A stretch of 64,000 nt of DNA from a virus (IMGVR_UViG_3300050119_000076:537-64536), one strand, 5' to 3'; shown: positions 29,910 through 40,858, counted from the stretch's first letter. Notes: generated from the sequence alone by a model not told the origin. Program-made: numbers and translations.

Positions 29910-30389
29910 ATGCCCGTACCTTTCGACAACGGCGGCTATACTCAGCGCGACAACTGGAATGAGCGCGGCGCGCCCGGTATTCGCGCCCGCCATGCTAGTG
30001 CCGATATCCCTGGTGACATCGCCGAGGTCCGCGATCGCACTCGCCGTATCGAGACGCGCTTGACGAAATGGTTGGAGAGCATCGGCTTCGAAACGCACGC
30101 ACAAAAGCCTCTATGGTTCGGGCCGGACGATCAGGTCGCGGTTAGCGACGCGTTCGTCGAGCTTCCTTCGTTGTATGTTTCGATCAAAGATATTTTGGAG
30201 TCTATTCCGCCGGGATATATCGAGACGATCGAAGACGTATGCATCGTTCATGCGGGTCGCATCGTCGCAGTCCTTACGGCGCCGATGCTGGCCGACGGCC
30301 GCCATTATGGGCAGGAGGTTGGCGGCCACCATTATGGGCAGGAGGTTGGCGAGGATGATTATAGACCACCCGAGCCCTCCGATGATTGA
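29910..30389 (+). CDS. Hypothetical protein
   Basis: RTRRIETRLT; 27-bp tandem duplication at 30296-30349. Confidence 0.5.
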   Translation: MPVPFDNGGYTQRDNWNERGAPGIRARHASADIPGDIAEVRDRTRRIETRLTKWLESIGFETHAQKPLWFGPDDQVAVSDAFVELPSLYVSIKDILESIPPGYIETIEDVCIVHAGRIVAVLTAPMLADGRHYGQEVGGHHYGQEVGEDDYRPPEPSDD

Positions 30390-30666
30390 GATTCAAACGG
30401 GCGTGCCGATGCCGAGCGCCATGAAGCTGGCCGGCGATAAGCGCCGGAAATATCCGTGGTCCGACATGGCTATCGGCGGCATGTTCTTCGTGCCGGATCG
30501 CATGAAGAACACTTTATCCGTTCGCGCGTCTGTTATGGGCCGGAAGCTCGGGCTGAAATTCCGCACGCGGCTTTTGTCTATGGAGAAAAGCACTGGAGCA
30601 TGGAAAGAGTGCCCGCCCGGGGGGCTGGGCGCTGTTTGTGGCATAGGAGTATGGCGCATTGCCTGA
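30382..30666 (+). CDS. Small putative DNA-binding protein
   Basis: IEIQTGVPMP...RKYPWSDMAIGGMFFVP...GIGVWRIA. Confidence 0.6.
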   Translation: MIEIQTGVPMPSAMKLAGDKRRKYPWSDMAIGGMFFVPDRMKNTLSVRASVMGRKLGLKFRTRLLSMEKSTGAWKECPPGGLGAVCGIGVWRIA

Positions 30667-31136
30667 ATGTTATTCCACTTTTACCATTGTCAAAATAAGA
30701 CGCGGGCGCTATGCGCTCGTTGATGAGGCGTTGATGAGACGCACACGCTACTTTCCTACGCTACTTCAGGCGCGAGCCTATGGTCTTTGCGTATACGGAG
30801 GTCGCGTATACGGAGGTGCTCGCTTTCGCTTTGCGCCCTGGGTGGTGCGAACCATATGAGCGATCTATTCGATCTCTGCCTCCTAGAGTGGACTGGTGTC
30901 ATGTTAGTGACGCAGCCTGTGGAGTACGAAGGGCATAATTGCGCCATTGATATTTGGATGCTTGCCAAGCCGGATTTCGGGCCGGCAATAACTGTGGTGC
31001 TCCCGCACGGGCGTAGCGACATAGCCGAATTTATGGTGAGGTCTTTGCGCGCCGGACAAAACTGTCTAGTTCAACTAGCCCCAGGTGAGAAATTCGAACC
31101 GGATCTTCGCTGTCCCTTTCCAGAAAGAGCACACTA

Positions 31137-31451
31137 ATGAGTGACACTTACTTTGTTGACCTACTGGAATTCGCGCGAGAGCATGTAAGCGCCATGCGCG
31201 ATCGTCACATTGTGTACAGTTCGAAGCTTGAAGTTCTCGATCAACTAAACCACCCTATTTATCGGCATGAGCGTAGTAAGAATTGGATTCTTGACGGGAA
31301 ACTGACCGAGGATGCTGATAGATTATTGGTGAGGTTGGATCATCAGATTTGTGAGCTTCGCGCAGCGCATAGGGCGTGTGGCATTAGCGCAGAGGATGCG
31401 CAAGTGGATGCCCTGGCGACGTACAAGTCGCGTGGACAGCATTTTCCATGA
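31137..31451 (+). CDS. Hypothetical protein
   Basis: TAATG-coupled ORF. Confidence 0.45.
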   Translation: MSDTYFVDLLEFAREHVSAMRDRHIVYSSKLEVLDQLNHPIYRHERSKNWILDGKLTEDADRLLVRLDHQICELRAAHRACGISAEDAQVDALATYKSRGQHFP

Positions 31452-31751
31452 GCGTCAAAGATCAAAAAGGCGCGCGGCGCCGGATGCGGCTGCGCTACAA
31501 ACTTCCTCCCAAGCTCTTGCTCGGCGAGATCATTGCGCGCGAGCGGCAACAGGCCGTGCGCGAGAACGCACGAAAGAAGGCGGCGAAATGAGATATGTTC
31601 TTCTCACTCTTCTTCTAGCCTTTATTATCGGCCTTATGTTCTTTGCGCACGCGCCGGATGATCCGCGCTGGCATGAGCAACCAACACCACAATGCAAGTC
31701 CGGTTACGTGTTTGATCCTTGGCGGCGTTTTTGCGTGCCGGGATACGTTCC

Positions 31752-32804
31752 ATGAAATGGCTATCGCTAGATCTGGAAACTTCCGGCACACTGCCGGAGT
31801 ACGCGCTGCAGCCGTGGCGCGTGCGGCAGAAGAAAGCTTGGATCACTACCTGCGCATACACGGTGCGCAACGGCGCGGACTTTGCATCGCGCGGGAAGAT
31901 TTATCCGAGCTGCGCCGATCTGAGACGTATCCTTGAACGGGCGCACGAAGCTGGCTTTACGATCGTCGGTTGGAACGTGACTTTCGATATCGCATGGCTT
32001 CTTGCGTATGGATTGGGAGACATTGTGTTTAAGCTCCGATGGCTTGATGGAATGCGCCTCTGGCGTCATTACCACATGGAACCGGAGTACGACATGGACC
32101 GATCCAAAAAGAAATCCTACGGCTTGAAAACATGCGTCGCCGAGATCCTCCCGGACTTGGCAGGCTACGAAAATGGCATTGACTTTCAAACTGATGAACG
32201 CCCACATAGTGCAGAAGCCCTTAAACGCTTGCTCGCTTATAACAAGACCGACACGCTTGTAACGTACATGCTGGCCGGACATTGGTGGGGTCTACTCACT
32301 AAGCGGCAGCGATGCTGCGCGGGTCTTGAGGCGGCGGCTCTTCCTTTCGTGGCACAAGCTAATTTAGAGGGCGTGCGCGTTGATCGCGCGCGTCTAAAAG
32401 ACTTGGACGACGAGCTTGTGGCGATAGCGGCCCAATGTGCGAAAGAGCTAGAGAGCGACGGCGTGACTCCCGCAGTTATCCGATCCCCCGTACAGCTACG
32501 CAAACTGCTATATGATGATTGGAAATTGCTGCCGCCTGACCCGCGCGACGTTCGTCTCACGCCGAAGGGCGATATGAGTACCGACAAGGCTGCGCTACAC
32601 GAGCTTGCGCTGCTCGATCCGCGTGCTAGGCGTGTCCGCGATTACCGCGAGGCGCTTAACCTACGCTCCAAGTTCATAGGCTCGCTATTCAAGTCGGCTG
32701 CCTACAACGATGAACATGATCGCACGCACCCCGAGGCTATTTTGTTCGGCACTTCCACCGGACGCATGACATATGCGTCATCGCAAGGGAAGGGGGCAAA
32801 GTGA
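31752..32804 (+). CDS. polA: Family A DNA polymerase, N-terminal part (3'-5' exonuclease and thumb)
   Basis: DLETSG, GWNVTFD, YNKTD, SPVQL, STDKAAL, GTSTGRMT. Confidence 0.85.
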   Translation: MKWLSLDLETSGTLPEYALQPWRVRQKKAWITTCAYTVRNGADFASRGKIYPSCADLRRILERAHEAGFTIVGWNVTFDIAWLLAYGLGDIVFKLRWLDGMRLWRHYHMEPEYDMDRSKKKSYGLKTCVAEILPDLAGYENGIDFQTDERPHSAEALKRLLAYNKTDTLVTYMLAGHWWGLLTKRQRCCAGLEAAALPFVAQANLEGVRVDRARLKDLDDELVAIAAQCAKELESDGVTPAVIRSPVQLRKLLYDDWKLLPPDPRDVRLTPKGDMSTDKAALHELALLDPRARRVRDYREALNLRSKFIGSLFKSAAYNDEHDRTHPEAILFGTSTGRMTYASSQGKGAK

Positions 32805-33643
32805 AAGTCCAAACAGGGTTCGCCCTGCATCAAATGAAACGCGGCCCTAAGTTCCGCTCCGCTATTATCCCCCCGCCCGGAGACGTGCTCCTAGAGTTCG
32901 ACGCCGCTGGCCAAGAGTTCCGATGGATGGCGCTACAGTCTGGCGACCTGACGATGTTAAAACTCTGCCAGCCGGGGGAAGACCCGCATTGCTACATGGC
33001 CGCCGCGATCAAAGGTTGGGATTACGCTGAGATCATGCGTCTCCACAAAAGTGGAGACAATGTGGAGATTTCCGGGCCGCAGGGTGCTCGCATGTTCGGC
33101 AAGCTCGCGAATCTCTCGCTACAGTTCCGCACCTACGCGAAGCGACTGCGCATGGTCGCGCGAGTAGATTACGACCTGGCGATGAATCCTAGCGAGAGCG
33201 AGCATATATGGAGCACTTATCCTAGAACGTATCCACGCGTGAAAGATTACTGGTTTCTGAGTATTGACAAGGCGAAGCGTCTTGGCTACGCAGAGACCCT
33301 CGCAGGTCGGCGCGTACAGATCGCGGGCGATTGGTCCGGCAAGCAATCTTGGGCGATGGAGAGCACAGCCATTATAGTTCCCATCCAAGGGACCGGGGCC
33401 GATCAAAAATATCTTGCGTTAGCGTGCTTAAAGCCTTACCTTGTCGAACATGGTATCCGGTTCGCTTGGGACATGCATGATGGGCTTTACTTCTATTGCC
33501 CCGAGGCAAAAGCCGAGCGCGCACTAATTGATATAAAGGCGATCTTGGACAACCTACCTTATGAAGCTGCGTGGGGTTTCAAGCCGTCGATCCCGCTACC
33601 GTGGGACGCGAAGTCTGGCCCCTCATGGGGAGAATTAAAATGA
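32801..33643 (+). CDS. polA: Family A DNA polymerase, C-terminal part (palm/fingers)
   Basis: Motif A DAAGQEFR, motif B RMFGKLANLSLQF, PIQGTGAD, motif C MHDGL. Confidence 0.85.
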   Translation: MKVQTGFALHQMKRGPKFRSAIIPPPGDVLLEFDAAGQEFRWMALQSGDLTMLKLCQPGEDPHCYMAAAIKGWDYAEIMRLHKSGDNVEISGPQGARMFGKLANLSLQFRTYAKRLRMVARVDYDLAMNPSESEHIWSTYPRTYPRVKDYWFLSIDKAKRLGYAETLAGRRVQIAGDWSGKQSWAMESTAIIVPIQGTGADQKYLALACLKPYLVEHGIRFAWDMHDGLYFYCPEAKAERALIDIKAILDNLPYEAAWGFKPSIPLPWDAKSGPSWGELK

Positions 33644-34032
33644 AGACGCCAACAGGAGCAACAACCATGACCGACAGGCGCATCAGCGACGGACTCGCGA
33701 AAGAGCTTGGCGACATCGCCAAAGGCCCGCTGCCGTTGTCCAAGCACGAAATTGCATTGTTGCGCACATGGTTCCTTGAAGCTCTCGCCGACCGTGCCTC
33801 TGACATCGCCGAGATTGATGGGCTGCGGAACCTGCTTCCCGATGCGCTGACGATGCTTAGCCTTGTGCTCGCTGAGCCCGAGACGATGCTTAGCCTTGTG
33901 CTCGCTGAGCCCGAACGAGCGGAGATAAACAAAGGGCGCATTGAACGAGTCGCCGCCCGCATCCGCGCTGCGCTCGGCAATGCCGCCGGCCACGCCGCCC
34001 TCGCCGATAAAGAAATTTGGCGGGGGCATTAA
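33640..34032 (+). CDS. Hypothetical protein with 11-aa duplication
   Basis: 33-bp tandem duplication at 33849-33914. Confidence 0.45.
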   Translation: MKTPTGATTMTDRRISDGLAKELGDIAKGPLPLSKHEIALLRTWFLEALADRASDIAEIDGLRNLLPDALTMLSLVLAEPETMLSLVLAEPERAEINKGRIERVAARIRAALGNAAGHAALADKEIWRGH

Positions 34033-34207
34033 CCATAATGAAAGTTTTTCTAGTCAACAAGAAAACCAAGCGGCGGTTCGAAGTAATATCTCTTGACCCA
34101 GCCGCGGGAACCGTTAAGCTACGCGGAGAATTTGGGGTGTTCACTGAGCCCTACTCGAAAGAACGAATGAAGGAACTTGGTTACATACTTATTAAAGAGG
34201 ACACGCT

Positions 34208-34828
34208 ATGACGAAGAAGAAGCAGACCCCCGAACAACAGCTCGAACAAGACGACGCGCCCAAGCTTCATGTCATGTTGGACTTGGAGACGTGGGGCACT
34301 GCGACGGATGCGGGCATTATGTCTATCGGTGCTGTCAAGTTTGATCCCTTCGCCGCCGACGATCGCACTCACAAGTTCCCTGATGAGTTTCACGTCGCTA
34401 TTGATGTGGATTCCGCGCTCCGTTCGGGTGGCGACATAAGTGGATCGACGCTTCTCTGGTGGTTAGACCCGGATCGCCGCAAGGCTCTGGATGAATGGCG
34501 CGGGATGGAGCATCTTGATCTGACCACCGCGCTCGAAGGCTTCTCTATCTGGTTCGGCGCTGACTCGCTGCCGGTATGGGGCAACGGTGCAGGCTTTGAC
34601 AATGTGATTCTCCGCTCCGCATACACCAAGCTCGGCGGCAACGCGCCGTGGCATTACCATCATGATCGGTGCTTCCGCACGCTCAAGGCGCTGCGTCCCC
34701 AGGGCCTTATATTACGCACGCCTCCGCCCGCGTGGGACGTCATCGCGCACGAAGCACTTTCTGATGCGCGGATTCAGGCGCGTGAGCTTCAGCAGATCGC
34801 TGCGTTTTTGAGGTTGCCTCAGTTATGA
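34208..34828 (+). CDS. DEDD 3'-5' exonuclease (Rv2179c/ExoVIII-like)
   Basis: VMLDLET...IMSIGAV...WGNGAGFDNVIL...RCFRT...HEALSDA. Confidence 0.85.
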   Translation: MTKKKQTPEQQLEQDDAPKLHVMLDLETWGTATDAGIMSIGAVKFDPFAADDRTHKFPDEFHVAIDVDSALRSGGDISGSTLLWWLDPDRRKALDEWRGMEHLDLTTALEGFSIWFGADSLPVWGNGAGFDNVILRSAYTKLGGNAPWHYHHDRCFRTLKALRPQGLILRTPPPAWDVIAHEALSDARIQARELQQIAAFLRLPQL

Positions 34829-35218
34829 GCAGTCGTAAGGGCCGGCACGGTCAACGAAAGGGCGACAGCCTAGCACGGCAGAACGCCACGAAAGTTGACA
34901 ATCATCGGCGGACTGGCGCTAGGTACGCTACGTCGAAGCAAGATGGGGTGATGTACCGCCCGAGACAGGTACGCGGTAAGATATACGATACGAAAGGAAA
35001 ACGATAATGACAGATAAGCTCAAATTTAGCAATGAGAGAGATCAGGACTTGAAGTTGAGTATCGTTCTCAACTTGCTAGCGACGCATCCACATTATACGA
35101 TTGCCAAGCTTGTTGAGGCGGCTTCTTGGCTATCTCAATTCGTCGTGCTCGATGACATTGCTGATATTCAGCTCGTCACGATCGTCGTGGACGACGCCGG
35201 TGACGCTGGCGACGCGGA

Positions 35219-35536
35219 ATGAGTGCAAAATCGCCAATCACCACGCAACACCTCCACTGGATCCTCACGTTTCCAGTGGGGGAGTGGACAACCTACTTCA
35301 CGTCGAAGAAGGACGACACGCTTGGTTGGCAGTCCGAGCATAAGCCTGACCTGCGTGCGTTCGCTAAAATCCTGTTCGGGCTTCATCTGCGCGGGTGCGC
35401 GACTCTCATGCAGCGTCGCGTATGGGGCGCCGGCACGCAGTACATGATCTTTCCGTTTCGAAATATCACGGACCTCGACATTGAGGTAGCCGGCAAACTC
35501 GAACGTGAGTACGTGTGGAAGGACACACCCCTTTGA
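35219..35536 (+). CDS. Hypothetical protein
   Basis: Coupled ORF in replication module. Confidence 0.45.
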   Translation: MSAKSPITTQHLHWILTFPVGEWTTYFTSKKDDTLGWQSEHKPDLRAFAKILFGLHLRGCATLMQRRVWGAGTQYMIFPFRNITDLDIEVAGKLEREYVWKDTPL

Positions 35537-36223
35537 ATGAAGCCCGCCCCCTGGTCATTCTCGAAATACGACACGTTCCAAACATGCCCGCGCATGTACG
35601 CGGCGAAATACGTTTGGAAGTCGGTGGTGGACGAGACGACGCCCGAAGCGCAGTACGGATTGGACGTTCACAAGACGTTCGAGTTGTACGTCAAGGGCGA
35701 CGTGGTCGATCTGCCGGCCGAGTTGGCGACTCACGAGCCGTTTATGAAGCGGTTGCGGGATTTGCCTGGGACGAAGTCAGCGGAACGCAAGGTGGGCCTT
35801 ACCCGGACCTTGACACCGTGCGACTTCTTGGATCCCGAAGTCTGGTGGAGGGGCATCATTGACTATACTCGCACCACCACCTTTCAACGAGAGGGAAGTC
35901 CGGCACTTCGTGCGACAATCGTTGACTACAAAACGGGCAACCCTGCGCGGCCCAAGGTTGCCCAACTCAACATCAATTCATTATACGCCTTTGCAGAGGG
36001 CGCTGACCTTGTGGACGCATCTTTTTATTGGACTCGGACTGGCAAGCCTACTCGTTTTGTCTACGATCGTAGCGACGTTCCCGATCTGTGGGCAGGCTTT
36101 GCGCCGGGTTTGCACGCGTATGTTCAAGCGTATCGTACAGATCAATGGCCACCCAAGCCGAACGGCCTTTGCCACGGTTGGTGCCCGGTCAAGGACTGTG
36201 AATTTTGGAGATCAAAGAGATGA
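35537..36223 (+). CDS. PD-(D/E)XK (Cas4/RecB-like) nuclease
   Basis: WSFS...TCP...GLDVH...GIID...DYKTG...LCHGWCPVKDC. Confidence 0.85.
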   Translation: MKPAPWSFSKYDTFQTCPRMYAAKYVWKSVVDETTPEAQYGLDVHKTFELYVKGDVVDLPAELATHEPFMKRLRDLPGTKSAERKVGLTRTLTPCDFLDPEVWWRGIIDYTRTTTFQREGSPALRATIVDYKTGNPARPKVAQLNINSLYAFAEGADLVDASFYWTRTGKPTRFVYDRSDVPDLWAGFAPGLHAYVQAYRTDQWPPKPNGLCHGWCPVKDCEFWRSKR

Positions 36224-36636
36224 CCAAGCAGCATCCTACCGAGGGGGACGTCAAGAAGGGTGTCAAACTTATTTTGAATAAGCACGGCTGGTTTTGGTGG
36301 ATGCCGCCAGCGGCTATGTACGCTAAGACAGGGATCAGCGATTTCAATGCGCTTAAGGATCATGTGTTTATGGCCATCGAGACGAAGCACGCCGACAATA
36401 AACCAACGAAGAATCAGGAAGGCTTCCTCGCCTCGGTCTTATCGTCAGGTGGCTATGCCTTTGTAGTGAACGAAGATCGCCTGCCTATCTTGGACGCGTT
36501 CCTAACTGCGTTCGCCGCCGCGACTCAGCGCACACACGCTGCGCTTGCTGCTGGTGAAAAAGAAGCCAAGGTAAGCGAGAGCGATGCGCAACTGATGGTG
36601 AATTGTATCCGCTCACTTTCATGGGAGATTACCTGA
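36220..36636 (+). CDS. VRR-NUC domain nuclease
   Basis: EGDVK...GISDF...AIETK...PTKNQ...GGYAFVV. Confidence 0.8.
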   Translation: MTKQHPTEGDVKKGVKLILNKHGWFWWMPPAAMYAKTGISDFNALKDHVFMAIETKHADNKPTKNQEGFLASVLSSGGYAFVVNEDRLPILDAFLTAFAAATQRTHAALAAGEKEAKVSESDAQLMVNCIRSLSWEIT

Positions 36637-36820
36637 TGCTCGTAAACAGTATAGGGTTCCATTCAAGAAAGCTCCACAAGACGCGATCCGGCTATGGTCG
36701 TAGCCCATACGCACGGGCGCTTGCCGAGCAGAGAGTATGGCTGCAAGCTAATGCTCGTTATGCCAAGCCCATCACACTGCCACGTGTGCAGTGGATGGAA
36801 ACCACGAAGGGAAAAGTCTG

Positions 36821-37354
36821 ATGCCAGTAGATGATAGCATGCGTGAGGCTGCGAAGATCGCAGTTGCCTCGCTTAGTAGCGACGCCACCGCGGCCGATAT
36901 CGCCACAGCGGCGATCAATGCCGCGGAGATAAAGGCCAACGAGAACCTCGCGGCTGCGCAGGCTTCGAACAAAGCCGCGCAGGAAGCTGCGCATGAGGCC
37001 GCCGCGACGAGCCCGCTGGTCGTGGGCTGGAAAGAATTCATCACTACACCACAGTACACCGCGGCCTTTACAGGGGGGCGCCTGATCGTCCTAGCTCCGT
37101 CGAAGGAAGGCATGGAGGTGCAGCATCCTCAACTCGCGCAGGCACTCGGTACCGCTTACGCGGCCGGCTTCGTGGCCGGCGTCGAGTCGTTGAAGCCCTC
37201 AGTCGCACAACCAGCAGCACCGACTATTCCAGTCCCGCCGCCCAAGTCTGGTTCGATCCAAGTCGGAGTGGTCGGCAACGATGCGGATATGAAGATCGGT
37301 CGGCCTGCGACGCCCGGTGTGCGAGTTGATGGGCGCCCACGGCGGGGTCGCTAA
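36821..37354 (+). CDS. Ala-rich hypothetical protein
   Basis: MPVDDSMREAAKIA... Confidence 0.5.
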   Translation: MPVDDSMREAAKIAVASLSSDATAADIATAAINAAEIKANENLAAAQASNKAAQEAAHEAAATSPLVVGWKEFITTPQYTAAFTGGRLIVLAPSKEGMEVQHPQLAQALGTAYAAGFVAGVESLKPSVAQPAAPTIPVPPPKSGSIQVGVVGNDADMKIGRPATPGVRVDGRPRRGR

Positions 37355-37444
37355 ATGGAAGGCAACATCATTGCTGCCGTTTCGATCGCCGCGTTCCTTA
37401 TCGGCTGCATCGCGCTTGTGTGTATCTTTGGATAAGGCGAGTTA

Positions 37445-39064
37445 ATGTTCGTACACGAAGCAACGCGAAGCTTAATGCTTCGCGCCGATGACCCATTGGC
37501 AATTCGTGAGGTGATCCCGCACAGCCGCATCATGGGCCATCCAGATTACAATATAGCGGTACAGCATACGGTTGAGTCCACGCGCATCCTGCGTAACATG
37601 GGCTACGAAGACACGCCGTCGCCGATCGCGGCTTACTATGATTGGCCAGGGAAGTTCACGCCGTTCGATCATCAACGTGTCATGGCTGAAGCGTACACCA
37701 TGCACAGCCGCATCTTTAATCTGAGTGAGATGGGCACTGGAAAGACCGCCGCATCGCTGTGGGCCGCCGATTGGCTCATGAAAGAGGGTAAGGTCAATCG
37801 TGTGCTCGTCGTCGCGCCGCTGTCTTCGTTGGAACGTATCTGGATGGAAGCAGCTTTCGACGTTACCATGCATCGCAAGGCGGTAGTTGTTCACGGGACG
37901 CGCGAGAAACGACAAGCCATGCTTGACAGCGGAGCTGACTTTTATATTATTAACCACGATGGTATTTCGATCCGCCCGATCCGCGAAGCCATCATGCGCG
38001 ATCCCCGCATCGACCTCGTCATCGTGGACGAAGGCGGCAAGTTCCGCAATTCTAAGACCGACAGATACCGCGCGCTTGCGGAGATAACCACCACCCGGCC
38101 TGACATGAGGGTGTGGTGGCTAACCGGAACACCGTGCCCCAATGCTCCATCGGACGTGTGGTCGCAGTGCCGCATCGTCAGTCCGGCCCGCGTGCCGCCG
38201 TACTTTGGGAAGTTCCGCAACATGACGATGTATGAAGTAGACTCACAGCATCATACTTGGAAGCCTAAGCCCGACGCTTACACTGTCGCGTTCAACGCGA
38301 TGCAGCCGGCCGTGCGGTTTAATAAAGACGACTGCCTAGATCTGCCGCCTGTGATGTCTGAGGACTGGCAGGCCGAGATGTCCTCCGACCAGAAGCGCGC
38401 TTACGACGAGATGCGTAATGAGATGTACATGGCGGACGTTGCAAATCAGTGCAAGGGCAAAGAGATTACCGCGGTCAACGCAGCGGACAAGTTGAACAAG
38501 CTTCGCCAAATTCTCTGCGGGGCAGTCAAGGTGACGGAGGATGTAGCAAAAGGTAAGAGCCCCTCTCAATATGTGATCCTCGATCATAAGCCTCGATTCA
38601 AGGTACTTATGGACGCCATCGAGACCGCCGCGACTAAGGTGCTTGTCGTCGTCCCGTTCAAGGGCATCATCCGATCGCTAGAGAAAGAGCTAAGCGAACA
38701 CTACAGCGTGGGGATGCTCAATGGTGACGTGCCTATAGGTAGGCGCAACGCGATCATTACCGACTTTAAGACCAAGACCGATCCGCATATCCTGCTCTGC
38801 CATCCGCAGGTCATGGCCCACGGGCTTAACCTTGTTGAAGCAAATGTCTTGATTTTCTATGCTCCGATATACTCTAATGACGACTACCGGCAAGTGATCG
38901 AGCGGTTCAATCGCCCTGGTCAGTTGCATAAGATGACGATCATTCGTATAGGAGCGCACCCATTGGACTGGTCCATCTATGCCACAGTTGACAATCGCGA
39001 TGATGGGCAGCAGAGTGTGCTACGCTTATATAAGTCAGTGATTTATGGAGACGACAATGTTTAA
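37445..39064 (+). CDS. SNF2-family (SF2) helicase
   Basis: EMGTGKT, IVDEG, LTGTP, HGLNL, QVIERFNRPGQ. Confidence 0.9.
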   Translation: MFVHEATRSLMLRADDPLAIREVIPHSRIMGHPDYNIAVQHTVESTRILRNMGYEDTPSPIAAYYDWPGKFTPFDHQRVMAEAYTMHSRIFNLSEMGTGKTAASLWAADWLMKEGKVNRVLVVAPLSSLERIWMEAAFDVTMHRKAVVVHGTREKRQAMLDSGADFYIINHDGISIRPIREAIMRDPRIDLVIVDEGGKFRNSKTDRYRALAEITTTRPDMRVWWLTGTPCPNAPSDVWSQCRIVSPARVPPYFGKFRNMTMYEVDSQHHTWKPKPDAYTVAFNAMQPAVRFNKDDCLDLPPVMSEDWQAEMSSDQKRAYDEMRNEMYMADVANQCKGKEITAVNAADKLNKLRQILCGAVKVTEDVAKGKSPSQYVILDHKPRFKVLMDAIETAATKVLVVVPFKGIIRSLEKELSEHYSVGMLNGDVPIGRRNAIITDFKTKTDPHILLCHPQVMAHGLNLVEANVLIFYAPIYSNDDYRQVIERFNRPGQLHKMTIIRIGAHPLDWSIYATVDNRDDGQQSVLRLYKSVIYGDDNV

Positions 39065-39342
39065 GCAGTTCGCCAAATGGTGGTTCAACGGCACACTAGT
39101 TTTCCCACTGACCACGAAGAGTGGTCAGCGCGTGAGCGTCACCCTTCAGCGTACCTATATCGTCAATATGGCGGAGAACAAAACCTTTGCGACGCCCGAC
39201 GAGTTTGCGAAGTACGCTGAGTCTCTGCCGCGGTCGCCACAGCAACTTCGCGAAGAAAGCCAGCAGTTCGAGGCCGCGTTCGATAAAGAGGCGGCGAATA
39301 CCGCGCCTCTCTGGTTGCCCCACAACAAACACGAGAACACAA

Positions 39343-39750
39343 ATGGTTGACGCACCGCCGCTTGATCTTGAACGCATCGTTCGCGCCGTCATCAAGATTG
39401 ATGACAAGCGTAAGGCCGACAAAGCCGTGTGGGCAAAGGAAGATCATCGGCTCGAAGCGCAGCAGGACGCGCTAGAAGCTGTCTTGCTTCAGGCGCTCAA
39501 CACCGCTAAGATCGATTCGATGAATGTGAAGGGCCTTGGCTACTTCTACCGCAAGGTTGACACCAAGCCACAGGCTACCGACTGGCCCATCTTCTACGCT
39601 TGGATCAAAGAGAATGACGCATTCGAGGCGCTTAACAAGCGCATCACCAAGACCTTCATCGAGACCTTCATGGACGAGCACGGCGGCTCGCCGCCACCCG
39701 GCGTCGCCGTGCAACAGGAATACAAGGTGCATGTAGTTCGCAAAGCATAA
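39343..39750 (+). CDS. Conserved phage replication-module protein
   Basis: IKIDDKRK...DWPIFYAWI...LNKRI...PPGV. Confidence 0.6.
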   Translation: MVDAPPLDLERIVRAVIKIDDKRKADKAVWAKEDHRLEAQQDALEAVLLQALNTAKIDSMNVKGLGYFYRKVDTKPQATDWPIFYAWIKENDAFEALNKRITKTFIETFMDEHGGSPPPGVAVQQEYKVHVVRKA

Positions 39751-39766
39751 ACAAGGAGTAACGTCA

Positions 39767-40852
39767 ATGGCTAATGACTTGATGCAATTTGAAAAAGGCA
39801 GTCTCCCGGCGCATCTCGCCGAGATATTCGGCGACGAGCAGAACATCGTCGAGCGCGAGACGGTTCCGTCTCTAAGCTTTGGCGGCAAGGTGTGGTCGAT
39901 CGCCATGAAGGGTGAGAGCACGCCTCTGTTTCGCACCGATCCCGATGGCGATCAGGTCCCACTGGCCACCATGCAGGTGGTCATCCTGGACTACGCGCAT
40001 GAGCGTGGGCGCACGTATTATGCTGGCGCGTACAACGCCGACAATGTCAAGCCGCCGGTCTGCTGGAGTAACGATGGCATCGTGCCGGATCAGAGCGTCG
40101 CAGAGAAGCAGCATGAAACTTGTGCGGGTTGCCCGCAGTCTATAAAGGGCTCACGCACGACGGACAACGGCAAGGCTACGGCCGCATGCAGTCAGCATCG
40201 TATGCTGGCGATCGTCCCCGCGCAGGACCTGGGCTTCACGCCGCTGCGTCTCAAGATCCCGATCACGTCTGATTGGGACGGGCAGAGCCCGGACCTTCAG
40301 ATGCAGCTTCTATTCGCCTTCAGCAACTATCTCAAGTTCCTGCAGGCGCGGGGGGTGCCACATACGGCTTCGCTTGTTACCAAGATGAAGTTTGACCCCA
40401 ATGTTACCTATCCAAAGATACTCTTCTCCCCATCGCGTTGGCTTACTGCAGATGAAGCAGCGCGAGCCAAGGCGGCTGCTGATAGCGACATAGTGAAGAA
40501 TTTACTACATGGGACATGGACACCCGCAGGTGTGGATGGTACACGTCTTACGTCGCCCGAGACGATAGCTGCGAAGGTGGAGGCGGTGATGCCACCTGCG
40601 AAGGTGCAGTCGCCAACACCGGCAGCGGCGGCGCAGTCACAGCCGAAGGCTGCTGCACCGAAGAAACCAAAGCCGCCTGTCGAAGATGACGACGGTAGTT
40701 TTAATATCAAAGGACTTACCGCGTCCGCGCCAGCGCCCGCCACACCTGCTCCAGTGAAAGCTCCCGCAACTCCAAAGACTGTGCCGACGGCACAGTCAGT
40801 GGAAGTGCCGCCCGAGATCGCTGGCATGTTGGAGGAATGGGGCGAAGATTAA
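39767..40852 (+). CDS. Putative ssDNA-binding/annealing protein with Cys cluster
   Basis: PVCWSNDG..PD...CAGCPQSIKGS...ACS; acidic C-terminus EEWGED. Confidence 0.55.
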   Translation: MANDLMQFEKGSLPAHLAEIFGDEQNIVERETVPSLSFGGKVWSIAMKGESTPLFRTDPDGDQVPLATMQVVILDYAHERGRTYYAGAYNADNVKPPVCWSNDGIVPDQSVAEKQHETCAGCPQSIKGSRTTDNGKATAACSQHRMLAIVPAQDLGFTPLRLKIPITSDWDGQSPDLQMQLLFAFSNYLKFLQARGVPHTASLVTKMKFDPNVTYPKILFSPSRWLTADEAARAKAAADSDIVKNLLHGTWTPAGVDGTRLTSPETIAAKVEAVMPPAKVQSPTPAAAAQSQPKAAAPKKPKPPVEDDDGSFNIKGLTASAPAPATPAPVKAPATPKTVPTAQSVEVPPEIAGMLEEWGED

Positions 40853-40858
40853 ACAGGA

